DNA of 32,000 nt from an uncultured archaeon (GTDB lineage Archaea; Asgardarchaeota; Thorarchaeia; Thorarchaeales; CAZPUN01). The stretch spans positions 1 to 32,000 of the forward strand of contig CAZPUN010000009.1 of assembly GCA_964589775.1 (NCBI GenBank), written 5' to 3'. Shown here piece by piece: positions 1 through 6,788 of the stretch. The translations under genes and the position numbers were made by a program. The notes beneath the pieces are model-generated. The model ran no database searches and had not been told where the DNA came from. It saw nothing but the letters and a program-made list of their open reading frames with translations. Each line of letters begins with the position of its first letter. Position 1 is the first letter of the stretch.

Positions 1-1
1 A

Positions 2-244
2 AAAGTTCCTGAAATTGCTAAAAAATGGTTTTCTAAAGGACAAAAAAAGGTTGCATTGCGAGTTGATACCTTAGATGAACTTATTTCTCTTATGAATAAA
101 GCGGAGTCTATGAATTTACCTTTTGCACTAATACGTGATATGGGGTTAACCGAATTGGAGCCTGGTACAGTTACTGCCCTAGGCATAGGCCCCGAACGAA
201 GTGAAAAGATCGATTTAATCACAGGGCATTTGAAATTATTGTGA
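2..244 (+). CDS. pth2: Peptidyl-tRNA hydrolase Pth2 (5' end outside window)
   Basis: The frame is open from position 2: [21 protein letters not shown]...[21 protein letters not shown]...[11 protein letters not shown]. This matches the PTH2 motifs GQxKV, DxGxTE and GIGP, and the gene lies directly upstream of truD. Confidence 0.95.
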   Translation, partial: KVPEIAKKWFSKGQKKVALRVDTLDELISLMNKAESMNLPFALIRDMGLTELEPGTVTALGIGPERSEKIDLITGHLKLL

Positions 245-254
245 GTGGTTTAAA

Positions 255-1586
255 TTGGAAAGCCCGTATGTAGAAGAGCATTCGATGGGGATGGAATTTT
301 ACACAACTAGTACTCCTGGTATTGGGGGAAAAATAAAATCTTTTCCTGAGGATTTCATTGTTGAAGAAGTTCTCTTAGATGGTACTATTCTTGAAATGCG
401 CCCATTTGGAAAAAATGAGATCCCTGACTCCATATCTGGACGTGGTTCATATGTACATTTTACACTGCAAAAGAGGAAACTTACTACATTTGATGTTGCG
501 AATATACTTTCAAGATTTCTAAAAACGCCTCATATTTATATATCCTTTGCAGGGCTGAAAGATAAACAAGCAATTACCGTGCAACGTATGAGTATTAAGG
601 ATCTATCTCTTAGTAAAATTCGTAATTTTCATCACGAAGATATTGTGATTTGGGACCTTAAACGTGAAAGAAGGCCAATCTTTCCCGGTTCTCTATATGG
701 AAATAGATTTACTATTATAATCCGAAATATAGAAGTTAATAATTTTTCTGAAGACGATTTTATAATTTTTCAAAAAACGCCATTATATAATTTCTTCGGA
801 ATACAAAGATTTGGTCTTACAAGACCATCTAGTCATATTGTCGGACGATATTTAATTAAGAGAGATTATTTTGAAGCAGTTCGCCATTTTGTAGGTGGTT
901 TTTCTCCTTATGAACAAGAAGAAATTATTGAATTTAGAAAAAATCTCTTCGACAACTTTGAAGTTACTGAGAATATTATTAGTAAAATTCCAAAAGCTCT
1001 TAATTACGAAAAAATTGTGTTGTGGCATCTTTTAAAGCATCCCGAAGACTATTTGGGTGCAATATTACGACTTCCGTATCGGCTTGTAAAAATACTTGTG
1101 CATTCATACCAATCCTATTTATTTAATAAAATCCTTAGCTATAGAATTCGTTCTGGTAAGTCAATAGACCATGTTTATCCGGGGGAATTTATTGCGACTC
1201 CTGAGCCAAGTGGATTTGGTTATGAAGAATGGATGCTTGTTTCTGAAGACAATATTGAATTAGCTCAATCAAAAATTGAATCCGGCGAGAAAATAATTGT
1301 CTATCCTATCCCTGGATATTCAACAAAGATGCCTCCCGGATTTCTTAGGGATACAATTCTAAAAGTACTAAATGATGAAAAAATTAAACTACGAGATTTT
1401 CGTAATGATAAAATAGATGTTCTTGATTCTCCTGGTTCATTAAGACCATTGTCGTTTAAGCCTCAAGAATTAAAAATAAGAAGGTTTGATGGAGAATTAC
1501 TCCTTAAATTCATCTTGCGAAGGGGGTCTTATGCGACTGTATTTTTGAGGGAGATTATGAAAAATCATCCCTTTAATCGTGCTTGA
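255..1586 (+). CDS. truD: tRNA pseudouridine(13) synthase TruD
   Basis: Motifs GxIKxxPEDFxVEE, FAGLKDKQAITVQ, GNRFTIIIR, NFFGIQRFG and RGSYATVFLRE. Confidence 0.96.
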   Translation: MESPYVEEHSMGMEFYTTSTPGIGGKIKSFPEDFIVEEVLLDGTILEMRPFGKNEIPDSISGRGSYVHFTLQKRKLTTFDVANILSRFLKTPHIYISFAGLKDKQAITVQRMSIKDLSLSKIRNFHHEDIVIWDLKRERRPIFPGSLYGNRFTIIIRNIEVNNFSEDDFIIFQKTPLYNFFGIQRFGLTRPSSHIVGRYLIKRDYFEAVRHFVGGFSPYEQEEIIEFRKNLFDNFEVTENIISKIPKALNYEKIVLWHLLKHPEDYLGAILRLPYRLVKILVHSYQSYLFNKILSYRIRSGKSIDHVYPGEFIATPEPSGFGYEEWMLVSEDNIELAQSKIESGEKIIVYPIPGYSTKMPPGFLRDTILKVLNDEKIKLRDFRNDKIDVLDSPGSLRPLSFKPQELKIRRFDGELLLKFILRRGSYATVFLREIMKNHPFNRA

Positions 1587-1588
1587 GA

Positions 1589-2125
1589 TCATTTTCCTAT
1601 TTGTGATAGTAGTCCTATTCTAATGTGCTCGCCGAACATTTTTTCAACAATTTCTGCAATAACTTCCTCAGGCATTGGCAATCTATTTATGTCATCATCA
1701 CTTATGATAACCATTTTCTCAATTGTGCCATCTGGAAGCCATACCTGATTAATGCCTAAAATTTTGACTGGCCGAATTAGCTCATCTATGAATGTTTTGA
1801 CTTTTTTCGCATATTTTATCGGTTTGAATTGTTTCCCATATTCGAGCTCCAGTTTTTGTAACAGATCTTTACCATTTTTTGTTGAAAATACATCCAGCGG
1901 ACTTTTTAGAACTAACAGGAATTTATCTGATATTTCTATGATTCTTTTAATATCTAATGAATCTATGAATTTATATTCTCTTCTCAAGCTCCAGATATAT
2001 CGTGAGATATCTACATCGTTTTGAGTAATTCTCCCTGAATCTAATTCGATTTGACATTTTGGGCAAAGTTCATCTAAATCTGTTTTCAAACAAAATCCAC
2101 ATATTGGAGCTTTCAGAGTCATCAC
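1589..2125 (-). CDS. Archaeal NusA-like (KH-type) protein with N-terminal Zn-binding CxxC...CxxC
   Basis: The N-terminus KAPICGFCLKT..LCPKC and the PVKILGINQVWLPDG motif are typical of the archaeal NusA-like family. Confidence 0.75.
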   Translation of the reverse strand: MMTLKAPICGFCLKTDLDELCPKCQIELDSGRITQNDVDISRYIWSLRREYKFIDSLDIKRIIEISDKFLLVLKSPLDVFSTKNGKDLLQKLELEYGKQFKPIKYAKKVKTFIDELIRPVKILGINQVWLPDGTIEKMVIISDDDINRLPMPEEVIAEIVEKMFGEHIRIGLLSQIGK

Positions 2126-2325
2126 CGCTTTTATATTTTAATCTCTAATTTATCATGAAGGTGTACCTACTATTTCTTAATCTCATGTAGGTCATTGTAT
2201 TATATTATTTAAAACTATTCAATTTTATAACTTTCCAAAACGATAATCTTTTATAGATACTCTCAATGTGTGCTTTAGCATAAATTATTGCTGAATTATT
2301 AAAATTATAATTACGAGGGAACAAT

Positions 2326-2487
2326 ATGCCCGTAGCTGATCCAATGAAAAGACGTATAGCAATGCATCATCTATTAGAGAAGAAGATTTGCCGAAAATGT
2401 GGCGCAACTCTTCCACCAAATGCAAAGAAATGCCGAAAATGTCGTAGTAAGGATCTTAGACCAAAGCGAAAATTGAAGTCCAAGTAA
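2326..2487 (+). CDS. rpl40e: 50S ribosomal protein L40e (not in ORF track)
   Basis: Manual translation: MPVADPMKRRIAMHHLLEKKICRKCGATLPPNAKKCRKCRSKDLRPKRKLKSK. It has KICRKC...CRKC...LRPK and an SD-like GAGG upstream. Confidence 0.96.
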   Translation: MPVADPMKRRIAMHHLLEKKICRKCGATLPPNAKKCRKCRSKDLRPKRKLKSK

Positions 2488-2504
2488 TCAATGTAATACA
2501 ATAT

Positions 2505-2600
2505 GGGCTGGTGGTCTAGCGGTTATGACACTTTAATCCCAAGCATAAAGCCGCCCTCACACGGCGGAGGTCGCGGGATCGAGTCCCGTCCAGCCCACCA
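2505..2600 (+). tRNA. tRNA-Val(CAC) with 20-nt non-canonical intron at 25/26 (2530-2549); CCA encoded
   Basis: Acceptor GGGCTGG/CCAGCCC, anticodon arm CCGCC-CTCACAC-GGCGG, T arm GCGGG-ATCGAGT-CCCGT. The intron forms a relaxed bulge-helix-bulge with a TATG/CATA central helix. Confidence 0.93.
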
Positions 2601-2630
2601 TTCCTCATAATTCCTCTGGGGGTTTAAAAA

Positions 2631-2825
2631 TTGCCAAGACAAATAATGGATGAAGAAGAATTCCTTGCAATATCAGAAAGAGCTTATGAATGCCGAATAA
2701 AAAGAACAAAAGAGAATGTAAAGCTGAAATTAAGAACAAAGTCCCAGCTATATACACTTGTGGTTTCGCCCGAAAAAGCTGAGGCTTTAATTCAGAAAAT
2801 AAAATGTGCAATTCGTGAGGTATAA
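2631..2825 (+). CDS. rpl38e: 50S ribosomal protein L38e (TTG start)
   Basis: MPRQI...RIKRTKENVKLKLRTKSQLYTLVV...AEALIQ matches the L38e KxKxRxxxxLYTL signature. Confidence 0.92.
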   Translation: MPRQIMDEEEFLAISERAYECRIKRTKENVKLKLRTKSQLYTLVVSPEKAEALIQKIKCAIREV

Positions 2826-2830
2826 TTCAC

Positions 2831-2854
2831 AGGACGAGCATATTTCGTCCTTTT
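2831..2854 (+). terminator. Hairpin plus T-tract after rpl38e
   Basis: AGGACGA-gcatatt-TCGTCCT followed by TTT. Confidence 0.5.
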
Positions 2855-2938
2855 CGTTTACCTATTTTGGTCATTTAATAATATTGATAAGTGTATATTA
2901 TAAATTAATTTGATTGAAATTCACATAAGTAGTGGGAT

Positions 2939-4207
2939 ATGATTAGTTTGGTATCAATTTCTTTCTTAGGCTCATGTGGTGAAGTTGGAAGATCCGCAAT
3001 TAAAATTGCACATAATGGAGAATCTATCTTAGTTGATTATGGGGTTGTCTTTAATAAATATCCACATTTCCCACAAACTACCTCCCTTAGTGATTTGAAG
3101 GGGATAGTAGTAACGCATGCACATTTGGATCATTCTGGCGCCTTGCCTTTGATTTTCGCAAGTCGCGAAATACCCGTTTATGCAACTAAAACAACTCACG
3201 AGTTAGCAAATATGTTAATCCGTGATATGTTAAATATTTCAGGTTATTATTTACCTTTTGAGCAATCTGAGCTTAACCGCCTTAGATTAAATAGTATCAA
3301 TGTGGAATATAATACTCCTTTTACAATAGGTAAAGAATTTACGATTACTCTTTTTAATGCAGGTCACATCCCCGGAAGTGCGATGGTTCTTGTAGAAGTT
3401 GGTGGCAAGCGAATTCTTGTTACTGGAGATATTAATACTGAAAATACTAGATTACTAAATGGAAATTATAAAGATCTTTCTGATTTAGATGCTGTAATCA
3501 CTGAAAGTACATATGCTAACGTTAAATTACCAAACCGACAAGAAATCGAGCAAGGATTAATTGATAAAATTATTGAAACTCGTGAGCGCGGAGGCGTGGT
3601 TCTTATTCCTGCTTTCGCTGTAGGCCGCTCACAAGAAGTAATGATGATCTTAGATGCATTTGGGGTTTCTGATAATATCTATTTGGACGGTATGGCGAGA
3701 AACACAAATCTCATTCTCGAACAAAATCCCGATTCGCTTCGAGATTTTAATGCATTTGAACATGCGCTTTCTAATGTCTTTGAAATAGAAAATAGTTCTC
3801 AAAGAATTCATGCTATATTTGATGGGTCCGTAATTATATCACCTGCAGGTATGCTTAAAGGTGGAGCTTCAAAGTATTACTTTAAAAAATTATACAAAGA
3901 AAAACGAAATCTATTTGTTTTAGTAAGTTATCAAATTGAAGGTACTCCAGGTCATGATCTGTTAACAACCGGCTCCGTTAGATTTAATGGGACTCGCTTG
4001 AAAGTGAATGCTGAAATTGCCTCTTTTCATTTATCTTCTCATGTAGATGGACCTAATCTTAAGAATTTTATTGAAAGAATCAGTAAAGATGCTACAATTT
4101 ACATTGTACATGGAGAACCTGAGTCTAATAATGCGTTATATACTAATTTATCAAAGGACGGATTTTCTGCAAAAATTCCAAATATTAATGATTCTATCAA
4201 TTTATAA
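2939..4207 (+). CDS. Beta-CASP metallo-beta-lactamase ribonuclease (aCPSF2/YSH1-like, no KH domains)
   Basis: Motifs LGSCGEVGRS, THAHLDHSG, AGHIPGS, TGD, ESTY, PAFAVGRSQE, SSH and VHGE. Confidence 0.9.
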   Translation: MISLVSISFLGSCGEVGRSAIKIAHNGESILVDYGVVFNKYPHFPQTTSLSDLKGIVVTHAHLDHSGALPLIFASREIPVYATKTTHELANMLIRDMLNISGYYLPFEQSELNRLRLNSINVEYNTPFTIGKEFTITLFNAGHIPGSAMVLVEVGGKRILVTGDINTENTRLLNGNYKDLSDLDAVITESTYANVKLPNRQEIEQGLIDKIIETRERGGVVLIPAFAVGRSQEVMMILDAFGVSDNIYLDGMARNTNLILEQNPDSLRDFNAFEHALSNVFEIENSSQRIHAIFDGSVIISPAGMLKGGASKYYFKKLYKEKRNLFVLVSYQIEGTPGHDLLTTGSVRFNGTRLKVNAEIASFHLSSHVDGPNLKNFIERISKDATIYIVHGEPESNNALYTNLSKDGFSAKIPNINDSINL

Positions 4208-4236
4208 ATAAAAAAGAAAAAAGGGAAAATTTGGTA

Positions 4237-4599
4237 TTATCTACCAAATGCTGCCTTGACATCCGGTTGCCATAGGTATAGAACAATTATTAAGTTGATA
4301 ATGATGCCAATGATGTTTAATCCGATGATTCCAAATATTAGTCCGATTATACCGAAGATCAAAGCTAAGAGCCATGCCCATGATTTTAGTGTCCATAAGC
4401 CCCATCCGATAATGAAGTCAATAATACCAATTAATAGTGGTATTAATGCGAAGATTAATAAAACCGTACCTAATGAGGGGTCATATTGCATGGCGACCAT
4501 AGCAAGCATCATTGATAGACCGCCGCCAATAAGACCAAATATTCCTCCGATAAATTCGAGTATTGCAAGTATAGTTACTCCAGTTGGTCTAGCAGACAT
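4237..4599 (-). CDS. Small multi-pass membrane protein (DUF2127-like)
   Basis: About four hydrophobic Gly/Ile-rich segments, with RPTGVTILAIL, GWGLWTLKSWAW and YLWQPDVKAAF. Confidence 0.75.
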   Translation of the reverse strand: MSARPTGVTILAILEFIGGIFGLIGGGLSMMLAMVAMQYDPSLGTVLLIFALIPLLIGIIDFIIGWGLWTLKSWAWLLALIFGIIGLIFGIIGLNIIGIIINLIIVLYLWQPDVKAAFGR

Positions 4600-4694
4600 A
4601 CTTATTTACTCCTCCATTTTTGTATCTTACAAGATGATGGATTTTTATCCATCTTAAGAATATTAATAAAAAAATCTCTAATAAGATTATCGTA

Positions 4695-5063
4695 TTAATT
4701 TGATACTTTTTTAAATGTATTTCTTATCGGTTTTTGTAATAAGTAAACATTAAATAATAAATATATATTTACAAACAACCAATCTTGAATTATTATATCA
4801 ATAATTATTGCAAATGGTGAAATAATTACACCAATTATCCAGCCCCATCGTTTAATTTTTGCTAAGCCAATTCCGCTAAAAATACACAACAATCCTAAAT
4901 ATATACTAATTAGTTCATAATTAAAAGGCGGTAAAATATCGGAAATAGATATTATTATTGGCATAGAACCAAGTATGCGTAAAATGATCTTTAAAATTGA
5001 GACCAAACCGATAAAAATTGCTAAGCCTGCTAAAGTTTTGACTCCTATTGCTGATTCAGACAT
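4695..5063 (-). CDS. Small membrane protein, diverged paralog of 4237-4599
   Basis: GVKTLAGL, GIGLAKIKRWGW and YLLQKPIRNTF align with the neighbouring gene's motifs; SD GAGG upstream. Confidence 0.7.
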   Translation of the reverse strand: MSESAIGVKTLAGLAIFIGLVSILKIILRILGSMPIIISISDILPPFNYELISIYLGLLCIFSGIGLAKIKRWGWIIGVIISPFAIIIDIIIQDWLFVNIYLLFNVYLLQKPIRNTFKKVSN

Positions 5064-5120
5064 ATTTGTTTCCTCATAAATTATTGTAGTTCTTTTGAAT
5101 TTAAAAGAAAAATTAAATTT

Positions 5121-5155
5121 ATGGGGGGTGGCAATATGCTTCCACTCAACCCCAT
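5121..5155 (-). terminator. GC-rich hairpin overlapping the RHH stop codon, followed by a U-rich tract
   Basis: ATGGGG...CCCCAT outer stem with a GTGG/CCAC inner stem, followed on the minus strand by TTTAATTTTTCTTTT. Confidence 0.5.
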
Positions 5156-5286
5156 AATTCGCGCTTTAAAAGATCTCGTATTGCAATTCTTATTGCTTCT
5201 GAACGATTTGGGTATAATTTTGAAGCAACAAGCTTTTCGAGACCTTCAACATATTGTTCAGGAACATGAAGTGTAATCAGTCTCAC
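5146..5286 (-). CDS. Ribbon-helix-helix transcription regulator, CopG/CdrS-like (46 aa; not in ORF track)
   Basis: Manual translation: MRLITLHVPEQYVEGLEKLVASKLYPNRSEAIRIAIRDLLKRELWG. It has the YPNRSEAIR motif, a GTG start and SD GAGGTGA. Confidence 0.88.
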   Translation of the reverse strand: MRLITLHVPEQYVEGLEKLVASKLYPNRSEAIRIAIRDLLKRELWG

Positions 5287-5402
5287 TTTCTCTCACCTCT
5301 TAGTATTCTGCAGTCTGTTCGACTTGGGTATAACCTCGAATTGACAATTTTTTCGAGATGTTCAATGTATTCTTTAGGCGTTCGAATTGTTATCTTTTTC
5401 AC
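5283..5402 (-). CDS. Second RHH-like micro-ORF (39 aa) with altered or truncated second helix
   Basis: Manual translation: MKKITIRTPKEYIEHLEKIVNSRLYPSRTDCRILRGERK. It is colinear with the downstream RHH over about 30 aa, and its TGA overlaps the next GTG (GTGA, 5283-5286). Confidence 0.62.
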   Translation of the reverse strand: MKKITIRTPKEYIEHLEKIVNSRLYPSRTDCRILRGERK

Positions 5403-5439
5403 ACATTTTCGCCTTCTATATGTTCTCCAAATTCTCTGT

Positions 5440-5469
5440 GTAATACAAATACTAAGGTGTTTGTATTAC
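5440..5469. promoter_or_regulatory. 30-bp near-perfect inverted repeat just downstream of a TATA-like box, candidate RHH operator
   Basis: GTAATACAAATAC-taag-GTGTTTGTATTAC (13-bp arms, 1 mismatch). A TATA-like TTTAATATATAA lies on the minus strand at about 5476-5487. Confidence 0.6.
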
Positions 5470-5482
5470 TTTGCCTTATATA

Positions 5483-6751
5483 TTAAATTTCAACCATCCC
5501 ATAGATCCCTCCACCCCCCTGAGAAACTTTCAAAGTTCCTTTTCGTGTATTTAATATTAATGTGGCAAGAGACTTGTCATATGCTTCAAGTTCCTCTTTT
5601 GTAGAATCTACAAGAATTCGTGATTCATCTCCAAAATCCGAAATAATCTTTTGATAATAACGTTTTACAGTAACACTATTTGCTGTCTTTAAACCTAATG
5701 AGGCACGAATTAATTCCATAAGTGGTGCTACCCAAATATATGGCGGTCTATGTTCTGGATGTATTTCTTCATCGATATCTGCGATTAATTCTATTCGATC
5801 TTTTACTCCTAACGATAGTATTGCATTACAATATGGGCAGCGTTCCTTTCCGGATTGAATCCTTTGTAAGAAGTTTAAAGCAAGTTGTTTTTCTGGATAA
5901 TAATATATTATGAAATCTGGATGGATTTCTTTTGGTTTTGTACCAATTAAAATTTTGACACGTCTTTTGCAATTCTTACAAAAGCTAGAGTAATATTTTC
6001 CTAAGCGTGGATCAAAACCTGCATTTAAAATAACTTTTCGGCCTTTTTTTCTTAGTATTGCTTTTTTGATTTCATCGAAAGTTGGTTCTTGAATTTGAAA
6101 TCTATTAAATTCGCGACCTAATTTTAATGGAGTAGGCGAATGTGCATCGCTATTTGATAGAAATGTAACCTTGTGTAATTCTGAGATCCTATCTGCTAAA
6201 ATTGTATCTGCGGAAAGCCCTAATTCCAAAAATGAGACTTTATCCGCCAAATCTTCATAACATTCTTTTAAGCGTGAATATCTGCCTGCACGAAATATTG
6301 CTTTGAATGGGGTAAATGCATGTGCAGGACCCATTAAACCATCAACAGAGAGAACGATTTCTAGTATTTCGACTGCTTTCAAATTAACATGTGGTCTTCC
6401 ACCCCATGTTTTCGATATGTTGTTCGAAAATGGTTGTAGTTTTCTTTCTAATTCTTCTGCCGCTTCTAAATCTGGTAGAATTACCAAGTGATGAACAGAA
6501 TCAATATCCTCAATTTCTGTTGTAGGTATAAAATATATGCCATCTTTTAGTAGTGTGCCCTCTTTGTACTCTACATGTTCTTTTACATGTTCTCTCCATT
6601 GTTTGTGTGTAATATCGCCTGTACCCATGATGTTTATTCCTTTTTGCTTTGCACCTTGTATAATATTGGGTATTAACATTTTATCTGAGACACCCATTGA
6701 ATATCTAGAATGTATATGTAAGTCTGCATTAATTTCTAACATTTTTTTCAC
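5483..6751 (-). CDS. endoQ: Endonuclease Q-family PHP-domain protein with Zn ribbon (TIGR00375-like)
   Basis: Motifs ADLHIHSRYS, GTGD, HHLV, PAHAFTP, ELGLSAD, SNSDAHS, LGREFN, PRLGKY, CxxC...CxxC, GVKDRI and GGGGIYG. Confidence 0.85.
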   Translation of the reverse strand: MKKMLEINADLHIHSRYSMGVSDKMLIPNIIQGAKQKGINIMGTGDITHKQWREHVKEHVEYKEGTLLKDGIYFIPTTEIEDIDSVHHLVILPDLEAAEELERKLQPFSNNISKTWGGRPHVNLKAVEILEIVLSVDGLMGPAHAFTPFKAIFRAGRYSRLKECYEDLADKVSFLELGLSADTILADRISELHKVTFLSNSDAHSPTPLKLGREFNRFQIQEPTFDEIKKAILRKKGRKVILNAGFDPRLGKYYSSFCKNCKRRVKILIGTKPKEIHPDFIIYYYPEKQLALNFLQRIQSGKERCPYCNAILSLGVKDRIELIADIDEEIHPEHRPPYIWVAPLMELIRASLGLKTANSVTVKRYYQKIISDFGDESRILVDSTKEELEAYDKSLATLILNTRKGTLKVSQGGGGIYGMVEI

Positions 6752-6788
6752 TGCCTACCTCAATCTCAAAATTATAATCGTAAGAATT

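Noticed and set aside
2326-2487. Ubiquitin-L40e fusion
   Set aside because: An in-frame TAA lies just upstream and there is no ubiquitin-like sequence; this is a stand-alone L40e.
5119-5148. Selenocysteine read-through of the RHH TGA (in-frame VEAYCHPP-TAA within a hairpin)
   Set aside because: The RHH is already complete, there is no redox motif context or recognisable SECIS, and the hairpin plus U-tract fits a terminator.
5254-5604. 116-aa plus-strand ORF
   Set aside because: It is antisense to the RHH micro-ORFs and the endoQ 3' end, with no motif.
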